The notes under the pieces were generated by a model. That model saw only the letters and a program-made list of their open reading frames with translations. It did no database searches and was not told the DNA's origin. A DNA stretch of 64,000 nt from a virus (lineage: Duplodnaviria > Caudoviricetes), in IMG/VR virus record IMGVR_UViG_3300009155_000035, one strand, 5' to 3'. The position numbers and the translations under genes were made by a program. This document shows, piece by piece, positions 48,878-56,776 of the stretch (positions are counted from its first letter, which is position 1; every line of letters starts with the position of its first letter).

Positions 48878-49022
48878 TTCGAGTAATACTTGGACTGATC
48901 ATAGTCATGTCTGGCGTGGGCGGAATTGAAACCAGCACAGATGATTTTGAGCTGTTCTACTCGGCGCTGATAGCAAGTTTTGGTATATTAGTGATGTATA
49001 TTGGTGTAAACACTGTCAAGGA

Positions 49023-49229
49023 GTGATCATGGGTTATCATGTTTTCAAACACAACCAGGAATATAGCCCGCGCCCGGGCCTTGAAGGTCCGTTCCACTAT
49101 CCCAACGGTCAGGTCTTGTACTATGACCCGCGGGCCGGCGAATACTGGGACCCAAGAACCGATTTTTATGTAGATTCTCAAGATGTTGCACGTTTACAAC
49201 AGCAGATCTTTGATGTAATCAGCGGTTGA
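49023..49229 (+). CDS. Early hypothetical protein
   Basis: PGLEGPFHY..GQVLYYDP..GEYWDP; AAGGAG SD. Confidence 0.6.
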   Translation: MIMGYHVFKHNQEYSPRPGLEGPFHYPNGQVLYYDPRAGEYWDPRTDFYVDSQDVARLQQQIFDVISG

Positions 49230-49254
49230 CCAGAAATTCCCATTTTGCTATAAT
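49226..49254 (+). promoter_or_regulatory. Early promoter
   Basis: TTGACC-17-TATAAT in GGTTGACCAGAAAT context. Confidence 0.85.
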
Positions 49255-49284
49255 ACTTGTATTGTAATTAAAAAGGAGTTTGAA

Positions 49285-49611
49285 ATGACTGCACTTGACA
49301 ACATTGAATTCATTCACAACACCGCATTGGCCGAGGCACAGAAGGCCGAAGCTGAATTTCGTGCCCGCCATGGTGAACCTGGCTACTGTGGGTTTGCTTG
49401 GGTTGTAGTACACGAAAAGGCCAGTACCAAGTTGGGTCGTGCATTGAAACAACTGGGTTTCCGCAAAGAGTATGGCGGTGGTTTGAGCCTGTGGAACCCC
49501 GGCGGCAGTTTTACGCAGAGCATGGATATCAAAGAAGCAGGTGCTGAAGCCTACGCCAGTGTTCTACGTCAACATGGCATCAATGCCTACATGTCAAGCC
49601 GTGCTGACTAA
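49285..49611 (+). CDS. Early hypothetical protein
   Basis: YCGFAWV motif; AAGGAG SD. Confidence 0.7.
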   Translation: MTALDNIEFIHNTALAEAQKAEAEFRARHGEPGYCGFAWVVVHEKASTKLGRALKQLGFRKEYGGGLSLWNPGGSFTQSMDIKEAGAEAYASVLRQHGINAYMSSRAD

Positions 49612-49623
49612 TCGGAGATAACA

Positions 49624-49899
49624 ATGACCAATATCAAAGACATCAATTCTGCAATCATGTTTGGTAACTTCACCAACACCGAGCTTATCAGTATCATTGA
49701 TGCTGTGAAATATGCTCGGGCTCAACTCACACAGAAAACCAAACGTAGTCTCATGCTGGGGGACACTGTGAAGTTTACCAGCACCAAGCACGGTATGCCC
49801 ATGCAAGGCACTGTGAACAAGATTGCTATCAAGTACATCACAGTTCGTACCGCACAAGGCTTGTGGCGAGTCCCTGCCAACATGTTGGAAGTTGTATGA
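49624..49899 (+). CDS. Early hypothetical protein (SH3-like C-terminus possible)
   Basis: GDTVKF...GTV.KI..K...WRVPANML. Confidence 0.6.
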   Translation: MTNIKDINSAIMFGNFTNTELISIIDAVKYARAQLTQKTKRSLMLGDTVKFTSTKHGMPMQGTVNKIAIKYITVRTAQGLWRVPANMLEVV

Positions 49900-50116
49900 A
49901 CCAACGAGCTCTAGAGCTTGCAATAGAAGCAGGAATGTATGTTGACGTTAACGGTAACCCGTGGCCCCGATGGATGGGGGCCGAAGAATGTGAGCAGGCT
50001 TACCAAAAGTATGCCGAGTTGATTGTGAGACAATGCGCCCTTACAGCTGGCTTGATGGAACATGAAGGCCGCAAAGGTATTGGCGCACAAATATTAGATA
50101 ATTTTGGAGTTGAAGA

Positions 50117-50362
50117 ATGACACTATCTCAAAAAGACATTGATGAATTGTTGCAGTGGTCAGGTGCCGTGGCAATCATTGCCGGACATGTGCTCAATGCA
50201 GTGGGTCCCGAGGCATATCCTTGGAATATTGCAACCTTTGCTGTGGGCACCGTGATGTTCTTGACATGGGCAATTAGAGTAAACAACAAACCACAGATGC
50301 TGGTCAATGTTGTGGCATTTGCTATCGGACTTGCGGGTTTGGTCAAGGCGTTTGTACAATGA
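50117..50362 (+). CDS. Small membrane protein
   Basis: Three hydrophobic segments. Confidence 0.6.
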   Translation: MTLSQKDIDELLQWSGAVAIIAGHVLNAVGPEAYPWNIATFAVGTVMFLTWAIRVNNKPQMLVNVVAFAIGLAGLVKAFVQ

Positions 50363-50706
50363 AGGTATTTTTAGAAACCACTGAGTGGGAAACAAGCACA
50401 CCCAATCACGTTTACTTCATGGACGATGGTCGAAGCAAAATGTTTGCTTATGTAAAGTTTGGTCAAGGCAAGCCGTTTAAATTCAAAAACCCAATACGCA
50501 TTGACACTAGAGGTCGTAAGTTTAAAGAAGTACCAAATACTTGGAACTTTTCTCTAAAGGAAGATGAACCCGAAGGTCGCGTATGGACAGTAAAAGGCAG
50601 CAAAGGTGATGAGTACACGGTATCAGAAATCAACGGTAACTATTCTTGTACCTGCTCGGGTTTCAAGTTTCGCGGTGACTGTAAACATGTAAAATCCGTG
50701 CAGTAA
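50359..50706 (+). CDS. SWIM zinc-finger protein
   Basis: C-terminal SCTCSGFKFRGDCKHV. Confidence 0.8.
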   Translation: MKVFLETTEWETSTPNHVYFMDDGRSKMFAYVKFGQGKPFKFKNPIRIDTRGRKFKEVPNTWNFSLKEDEPEGRVWTVKGSKGDEYTVSEINGNYSCTCSGFKFRGDCKHVKSVQ

Positions 50707-50718
50707 AATTTTAAACAT

Positions 50719-50742
50719 AAAAATGCCCCTTTCGGGGCATTT
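50719..50742. terminator. Bidirectional terminator (ends the pqqA transcript)
   Basis: AAAAATGCCCC-tttc-GGGGCATTT. Confidence 0.85.
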
Positions 50743-50745
50743 ATA

Positions 50746-50817
50746 TTATCGATTTGCGATATACATTGTGATTTCGAAACCGTAGCGCATTTCAGTTGCT
50801 TCTGGCTTTGTCCACAT
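50746..50817 (-). CDS. pqqA: Pyrroloquinoline quinone precursor peptide PqqA (23 aa, not in ORF track)
   Basis: [23 protein letters not shown] with ExxxY core; AAGGAG SD; -10 TATAAT at 50863-50868; terminator downstream. Confidence 0.92.
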   Translation of the reverse strand: MWTKPEATEMRYGFEITMYIANR

Positions 50818-50909
50818 AGTAGTTCTCCTTTTAACAAATATACTGCATTAGTATGTACCACTATTATACTGGAGAAACTGCCTATTTCACATAGTGAATA
50901 TCATTAATC

Positions 50910-50987
50910 TTATATCGTTTTTCTACGTATCTCTGTTCGGTAATACTGTTTAGCAGTAAGAATAACAGCACCAATAAACGGAAGCAA
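50910..50987 (-). CDS. Candidate riboswitch-controlled small peptide (25 aa, TTG start)
   Basis: MLPFIGAVILTAKQYYRTEIRRKTI after AAAGGA; SD spacing is short; alternative ORF 50882-51016. Confidence 0.3.
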   Translation of the reverse strand: MLPFIGAVILTAKQYYRTEIRRKTI

Positions 50988-51003
50988 TTTTCCTTTAAAA
51001 AGT

Positions 51004-51089
51004 TATGGTCTCGCATCTTTGTCTGTGTGCCGGACTTGCGTCGTGTTGACGGCACACAGAACCCTTTTACAGGTTAGCTACTCCCCATG
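51004..51089 (-). ncRNA. yybP-ykoY (Mn2+-sensing) riboswitch
   Basis: AUGG-GGAGUAGC ... CUGUGUGCC-GUCAACAC-GAC(GCAA)GUC-C-GGCACACAG ... GCGAGA-CCAU matches the known P1/L1/P3/L3 architecture. Confidence 0.88.
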
Positions 51090-51097
51090 AATATTTA

Positions 51098-51616
51098 TTA
51101 GCTATTCAATACCTTGGCAACACTATTCATAACGCTGGCAATACGACCAATGTCACGAAGCTGTTCTACTGTATAGCCTTCCTTCTTGAGTGTTTCGTAA
51201 TGTGCCTTAACACAGAAATGGCACTTGCCAACAATGCTTGCGGCCAAGCTATAGGCTTCAAATCGAGCTTTAGTTGTGCCGCCATGTGACGCAATAGCAT
51301 TCATACGTAACTGAGCGGGTAGTCCTTTTAGAGCAGGGTCGTCTGCCATTTCAACGTAAGGATACCATACGTTGTTTTGAGCCATGATGCTGGCGGCAGT
51401 AAGGGCGGCATCGGCTTCTTTGCGATCTGCAATCTGGCTATGGACCCATGTCCAAAGCTTGCTGTTGCCTGTGGCAAAAGCCGCCGCCAATGCCACAGCT
51501 TCGGCTTCATCCACAGGCAATGCACTGCGTTTGATCACAGCGTCAATATTGAGCTTGGTATCCTTTGCGTATTCGGGAATACTGGATTCTTTTAATGCGT
51601 CTACCCATTGGGTCAT
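51098..51616 (-). CDS. ahpD: Alkyl hydroperoxide reductase AhpD
   Basis: IPEYAKDTKLN, MAQNNVWY, GKCHFCVKAH. Confidence 0.93.
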   Translation of the reverse strand: MTQWVDALKESSIPEYAKDTKLNIDAVIKRSALPVDEAEAVALAAAFATGNSKLWTWVHSQIADRKEADAALTAASIMAQNNVWYPYVEMADDPALKGLPAQLRMNAIASHGGTTKARFEAYSLAASIVGKCHFCVKAHYETLKKEGYTVEQLRDIGRIASVMNSVAKVLNS

Positions 51617-53046
51617 TTTGTTTCTCCTAAAATAATATTGTGTTTTGCAAATTCATCCACCAGCCAGGGAAAAGTTTTTGGCCAGCTGGTTGATCTACGT
51701 CGATCTAACTCGTTAAGGTACAAATACAAGTTGAATATCTCCTTGACGTTTGGATTACTGCTACAAGACTGTTTGGCAATGCCTTCAAGATACTGACGAC
51801 TAGACAAGTCCTCGGGAGTTGATGTTGGCTTCAGTGCCAGGGCTTTTTCAAAATCTTCTTTGAATATAGCACCAAACATATCAATTGACTGATTGTTTCT
51901 TCCTTGCACAGAATTTTGATAGTGATGAACTCTACGAGTTTTATTCCAGTGATTTATTTTATCTATCAATGTTGGCAAAGTTTTTATGGTAAGCGGTGTT
52001 ACTGTGGAACCAATGATCAAATTGATCCAGTGCTGTGATAACAAATATTCAAAATTTCTTTCCCATACTGTTAGGTTCAAGGGAAAGCGAACATACTCTT
52101 GCTCGGGACCCCAACAATCCAAACTGGCAGTTACTTCAAATTCTCTGAGATGGTTGGTGTCGATTAGTTTCTTCACACGTTCGACTATCTTCACAAGATG
52201 TGGTAATCGTGTGTTTAAATTTGTGAATATTTGCAATTTGAGTTCTGGTGCGGGGTGCTGTTCAAATAAATCCAAGCACTGTTCAAACTCGTCTTGGTAT
52301 AACGGCTCACCACCCAGCACGTTAAACACTGTTAGATTATGTACATTTTTTTTCAGCCACTCAAACAACTTGTTTTTATTGTCTTTGAGGTCTGGGCTCT
52401 TCTTAAAGCTCGGCGATAAGAAACTGGTTTCAAGACTTTCATGTACATACAAACCGTGTTTTTTGTTTTCGGCGTCCCACAGGCTTGAATACAATGGACC
52501 ACAATACATGCATTTTAAGTTGCAGGTATTGTCAAAATAAACTTCAAGTATCCTTGGAGTTACATGCACAGCATGCAGATCAATATCCAGCTCAGGTGGT
52601 GCATGCATTCCGGGGAAGTCTAAGTTGGTGATTCGATCACTGGCACCGCCAACAGCTTCAATGTCACGACAGTATTCACATCCGCCGCCAGGCCACTTCC
52701 CTTCAAGCATTTTTGTTCTTGCTTGCATTTTTTCTGGGGTGTTGTGAAAATCAAATGTGTCGGGATCAAACTTGCTGCCAAATGTTCTATGGCAACTTGA
52801 AGTCATGCCAGTGGTTAAAAACAAAGTGCTCCAGTTCCATTTTAGTTGACACGCTGTAGCAGTTTTAATCGGAAAAATTTTATGTGATAGTTTGGATGAC
52901 TTTTTAAACAAGCCCGGGACATAACCAAACCGAGTCTTGCACTCTTGTTGAATAAGTTCGGGTAAAAATCTAAACTGCTCCTCGGACTCACAGTCGGGCC
53001 AGGACTGATCTCGAATCTCTTGATAAAACTCTTTCCAAGAAGACAT
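51613..53046 (-). CDS. Radical SAM protein with N-terminal twitch-like Cys module
   Basis: TACQLKW..SSCH..CEYC; CNLKCMYC; GGEP. Confidence 0.85.
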   Translation of the reverse strand: MSSWKEFYQEIRDQSWPDCESEEQFRFLPELIQQECKTRFGYVPGLFKKSSKLSHKIFPIKTATACQLKWNWSTLFLTTGMTSSCHRTFGSKFDPDTFDFHNTPEKMQARTKMLEGKWPGGGCEYCRDIEAVGGASDRITNLDFPGMHAPPELDIDLHAVHVTPRILEVYFDNTCNLKCMYCGPLYSSLWDAENKKHGLYVHESLETSFLSPSFKKSPDLKDNKNKLFEWLKKNVHNLTVFNVLGGEPLYQDEFEQCLDLFEQHPAPELKLQIFTNLNTRLPHLVKIVERVKKLIDTNHLREFEVTASLDCWGPEQEYVRFPLNLTVWERNFEYLLSQHWINLIIGSTVTPLTIKTLPTLIDKINHWNKTRRVHHYQNSVQGRNNQSIDMFGAIFKEDFEKALALKPTSTPEDLSSRQYLEGIAKQSCSSNPNVKEIFNLYLYLNELDRRRSTSWPKTFPWLVDEFAKHNIILGETK

Positions 53047-53069
53047 TGATTTTTACCCTTTTGATCTAA

Positions 53070-53609
53070 TTAAAGTGTTTCGCCGCCAACTGTACGATTG
53101 CAAGCACACAGTTCACCTGTTTGCAGTGCATCCAATACACGCAGAGTTTCTTCTGGGCTACGACCAACGTTGAGGTTGTTAACAGTAACGTGCTGAATTT
53201 CGTTGTTAGGATCAACAATGAATGTTGCACGAAGTGCGGCACCTGCAGGAGCATAGAGCACACCTAGTTGTTCAATCAAGCTGAGTTCACCGCGCTGTGT
53301 ATCAGCAAACTGGTGATGTGTGATCTTTTGTAGATCGGGGTGTGCTTTTTGCCATGCTACCTTGCAGAACTCGTTGTCTGTGCTACCCGTTAGCAATACT
53401 GCATCACGGTCGGCAAAATCTTGTGCCAACTTGTCATACGCCACAATTTCAGTGGGGCAAACAAATGTAAAATCTTTTGGATAGTAAACAATTACTTTCC
53501 ACTTGCCTTCAAACGAGCGTTCAGTAATGGTGTAAAAAGCATCTTCTGGTTGCCCAGGACGCACGCCAGTGATGGCAAAAGTGGTGAGTTGGTCGCCTAC
53601 AGTTTTCAT
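53070..53609 (-). CDS. ahpC: Peroxiredoxin AhpC
   Basis: YYPKDFTFVCPTEI, RATFIVD, ELCACN. Confidence 0.95.
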   Translation of the reverse strand: MKTVGDQLTTFAITGVRPGQPEDAFYTITERSFEGKWKVIVYYPKDFTFVCPTEIVAYDKLAQDFADRDAVLLTGSTDNEFCKVAWQKAHPDLQKITHHQFADTQRGELSLIEQLGVLYAPAGAALRATFIVDPNNEIQHVTVNNLNVGRSPEETLRVLDALQTGELCACNRTVGGETL

Positions 53610-53662
53610 TTTTGATTTCCTTTAAGTTAAAAATTGATACTCAGTGTTTGTACTGAGGGTTT

Positions 53663-53714
53663 ATTGTACACATATATATCAATGAAATCAAGCAAAATCT
53701 ATGAATTTGCTTGA
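53663..53714 (-). promoter_or_regulatory. ahpC promoter with overlapping inverted repeat
   Basis: TTGATT-17-TACAAT on minus strand; TCAAGCAAA-N9-TTTGCTTGA (53688-53714) overlaps the -35. Confidence 0.6.
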
Positions 53715-53742
53715 AATTATTTTTATGACGATAATAGACAAA

Positions 53743-53768
53743 ATAAAAGGCGCACCGGCGCCTTTTAT
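53743..53768 (-). terminator. Terminator after the porin gene
   Basis: ATAAAAGGCGC-accg-GCGCCTTTTAT. Confidence 0.8.
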
Positions 53769-53786
53769 CATAAGTGCAATCTAATT

Positions 53787-55064
53787 TTAGAATGCTTTGC
53801 GCATGCCAATTGCAAATGCGTCAATGGCTTGTCCCTTGGCAGGAGCACCTGCTGTCATACCAAAGATTGGGCCCATATTGGCGTTACCTTGGTTGTCAGC
53901 ACGACTATACAATGCAAACACTGCAAACGTTTTAGAAAAATTGTATTGACCATACACAGAAGTCAAGTTAACTTTGTTTGCGTCAACTGTTTTGTCCACA
54001 ACTGCTGTGTACTGTGCGGCAACACGAGTTCGATCATTGACTTTATAACTGACACCAAGAGCATTGGCATCAAAATCATTGCCATACGCAGTACCAACTG
54101 GAGCATTGCGTGCGGCAGTGATAATACCGCTAGCAGAAATGCTCATTGGAGTCGTCATGCAGTTACCACCAGATTTGGTTTCACTGCACTGGCCCCATCG
54201 AGCACCAAAGTAACCATACTTGAATGTAAGGTCTTTATATGTGTATGCGGCACCGGCCATTTGGGTTTTTAGCTGGGTAGCACCGGTGTTGTCGTTAACA
54301 TCTTGTACGCCAACTAGTGCTGAGAATGGACCTTTTTCATATTCGACCACAACGTTGCGTTGACCTTGTTGTTCGAATTCGTTGCTGGCAGTTGGACCAT
54401 TCTGGTTCATTCCCCACATGGCATGAACAGTGACACCGTTGTAAGTTGGTGACTTCCAGCCAATACCGTTGCTGTAGTTGTTGGGACCACCGTTGATACC
54501 GGACACATTCAAGTCTGGATTAAGTGGAGCAACTACACCACTCAACATACGATTACCGGATGAACCGTGTCCGGTCAATGTACCGTTGACTGCACCAATA
54601 CCACCAGAGGCAATACCAAGCGCATCCAAACGTGTGGACATGTAAAATTGTGGAGTCAATTGACGTCCAAGTGTAAAGTTACCAACTGTTGGTGTGATTA
54701 TTTCCAAGTTGGCTTTGCGATAAAACAACGAGGTAGAACCACCCGAAATAGCATAACCATTACCAGGGTTGGTACCACCAACACCGCTTAACGACGAGCT
54801 AACATTACCACTGTTGGTATTAACTGCGGTTTCCAAGTTAACTGATGCTTTGTACCCACCAGCAATGTCGTGTGTTCCACGGAAGCCCAATGAGCTGTTG
54901 CCTAAAACAGAACTGGACATATTAAATGCGTTGAGTCCCGGGGCATTGTGTGCAACACCGGCAATATTCAAATTGCCATAAATTTGAAGTGGTGCTTCTT
55001 GCGACTGCGCCTGCGCAGTAGAGAACCCCGCGGCAATAAGCAGAGGTAGAAGTAGTTTTTTCAT
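53787..55064 (-). CDS. Gram-negative outer-membrane porin
   Basis: Signal peptide, LQIYG, SSLGFRGTHDI, LGRQ, C-terminal GMRKAF. Confidence 0.88.
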   Translation of the reverse strand: MKKLLLPLLIAAGFSTAQAQSQEAPLQIYGNLNIAGVAHNAPGLNAFNMSSSVLGNSSLGFRGTHDIAGGYKASVNLETAVNTNSGNVSSSLSGVGGTNPGNGYAISGGSTSLFYRKANLEIITPTVGNFTLGRQLTPQFYMSTRLDALGIASGGIGAVNGTLTGHGSSGNRMLSGVVAPLNPDLNVSGINGGPNNYSNGIGWKSPTYNGVTVHAMWGMNQNGPTASNEFEQQGQRNVVVEYEKGPFSALVGVQDVNDNTGATQLKTQMAGAAYTYKDLTFKYGYFGARWGQCSETKSGGNCMTTPMSISASGIITAARNAPVGTAYGNDFDANALGVSYKVNDRTRVAAQYTAVVDKTVDANKVNLTSVYGQYNFSKTFAVFALYSRADNQGNANMGPIFGMTAGAPAKGQAIDAFAIGMRKAF

Positions 55065-55289
55065 TTCGTTTCCTTTTGATTTGAATTCACGACAACTGTC
55101 GAAGTCGTATTATATTATATAGCACACTTAGAAAGTATACAAGAAATTTACTGTCGTGTGGAAAAATTATTTAGGTATGCTTCACCAAAACTACGGTATT
55201 TGGCAAGATCTATGCTTGTTTTATTCTGCGATCTGTTATAAACTAGAATCACGATGCAAGGACATCGACTTAAATTAAAGGAACTTTTT

Positions 55290-55559
55290 ATGAAACACAT
55301 GAATCCAGAAACCAAAACTTTCAAGGTCTTCTCTGCCCTACGCAACGGCGAGAGTCTTACTCCTGCCGAAGCCAAAAAGCGTTTTGGTGTAGGTAACTTG
55401 GCTGCCGAAGCCAGCCGTATTCGTCAGCATGGCTTTGCTGTTTACGCCAACAGCCGTAAAGCAGGTAATGGTGTTCAGGTCACTGAGTATGTAATTGGCA
55501 AGCCAAGCCGTAAAATTGTAGCCGCTGGTTACAAGGCCTTGGCTTTAGGTTTGGTCTAA
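55290..55559 (+). CDS. Winged-helix DNA-binding protein
   Basis: GESLTPAEAKKRFGVGNLAAEASRIRQHG; AAGGA SD. Confidence 0.6.
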   Translation: MKHMNPETKTFKVFSALRNGESLTPAEAKKRFGVGNLAAEASRIRQHGFAVYANSRKAGNGVQVTEYVIGKPSRKIVAAGYKALALGLV

Positions 55560-55595
55560 CCCACTCGCTGAACTGCCCAAACAGTTCACAATGTG

Positions 55596-55622
55596 AAAAA
55601 GCCACCGCCCCGGTGGCTTTTT
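55596..55622. terminator. Terminator
   Basis: AAAAAGCCACCG-ccc-CGGTGGCTTTTT. Confidence 0.85.
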
Positions 55623-55636
55623 CTTTAAATAGTGCA

Positions 55637-56542
55637 ATGAATATTACAGGATTTCACATAGAGCCCACTAACATGTGTACACTTAAATGTGCTGGGTGTG
55701 CTCGCACCAGATTTATCGATCAATGGCCACAGCACTGGCGCAATCAAAATTTGAGTATCACCGCCCTGACGCAATTCCTTGATATCGATATAACAGGGTT
55801 GTCAGTAGATTTTTGTGGTGATTATGGTGATCCTATCTATCATCCTGAATTTATTGAGATGGTCAGGGCAGTCAAGCAACGCGGGGCACGAGTTACCATT
55901 ACTACCAATGGCAGTTATCACAAAGCTGATTGGTGGCAGGAGTTATGTAATCACCTAGATGGTGTTGACATCATCAGATTTAGCATAGACGGTCTTCCCG
56001 ATAACTTTACTCAGTATCGTAAAAATGCCGACTGGGAATCAATTAAAGTGGGAATTGATGTGTGCAGAAAAAATACAGTTCAACTGGTCTGGAAATTTAT
56101 TCCGTTTGCCTACAACTATTGTCAAATTGATCAAGCACAACAGTTGGCTACTAATTTAGGCATGCAATTTGCTCTGGACGCCAGCGATAGGTTTGATGCA
56201 GTTACTATGCACTACCGGCCACCTGCTGAGTTCTTGCGCAGTAGGTCACATGTGCAGGAACAAGTTAAACAAGGAATCCAACACACAGTAACACCCAAGT
56301 GTAGTAATGGCAGGATGCACTACATTTCGGCAAGTGGGCATTATGTTTCATGTTGCTATCTAGCCGATCATAGATTTTACTACAAAACTGATTTTGGAAA
56401 GAACAAGCAGTCTTATCAAATTGATCAAACCACTCTTACCCAACTAATCAATCAATCAAGGATGGTCGAATTTTATCAAAGCATTGATACAAGTCCACAT
56501 ATTGCATGCCAATTTAACTGCCCAACCACAAAAACATCTTGA
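55637..56542 (+). CDS. Radical SAM protein
   Basis: CTLKCAGC, CGDYGDP, SCC...CQFNC; start reassigned 5 nt after TAAATA. Confidence 0.85.
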   Translation: MNITGFHIEPTNMCTLKCAGCARTRFIDQWPQHWRNQNLSITALTQFLDIDITGLSVDFCGDYGDPIYHPEFIEMVRAVKQRGARVTITTNGSYHKADWWQELCNHLDGVDIIRFSIDGLPDNFTQYRKNADWESIKVGIDVCRKNTVQLVWKFIPFAYNYCQIDQAQQLATNLGMQFALDASDRFDAVTMHYRPPAEFLRSRSHVQEQVKQGIQHTVTPKCSNGRMHYISASGHYVSCCYLADHRFYYKTDFGKNKQSYQIDQTTLTQLINQSRMVEFYQSIDTSPHIACQFNCPTTKTS

Positions 56543-56567
56543 CTTATAAATGCATTTTGTGTATAAT
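56539..56567 (+). promoter_or_regulatory. Early promoter
   Basis: TTGACT-17-TATAAT. Confidence 0.75.
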
Positions 56568-56599
56568 ACACTGAGTATAGTATTTTGGAGATTTTACGT

Positions 56600-56776
56600 A
56601 TGCACGATGCCAAAAGATGGGTAGTAGTAATTGAAGAGGATCCCGAAACCGGAGATGGTATTTTGACGTTTCCGCCTGACTTGTTAGAAGCCGCAGGGTG
56701 GCATGAAGGTGATGTACTCAATTGGGAAGATAACAAAGACGGTTCATGGACGTTAACCAAAAAGGATATGAAATGA
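56600..56776 (+). CDS. AbrB/MazE-like small DNA-binding protein
   Basis: GDGILTFPPDLLEAAGWHEGDVLNW. Confidence 0.7.
   Translation: MHDAKRWVVVIEEDPETGDGILTFPPDLLEAAGWHEGDVLNWEDNKDGSWTLTKKDMK

Noticed and set aside
50882-51016. 44-aa ORF MRDHNF as a confident gene
   Set aside because: ATG lies inside the conserved GCGAGACC aptamer strand and has no SD; may be an artefact
53663-53740. OxyR box upstream of ahpC
   Set aside because: The ATAG-N7-CTAT periodicity could not be aligned; only an unassigned inverted repeat is supported
945-56542. Any of the four radical SAM genes as pqqE
   Set aside because: No pqqB/C/D neighbours and no PqqE-specific features recognised; left as unknown-substrate enzymes
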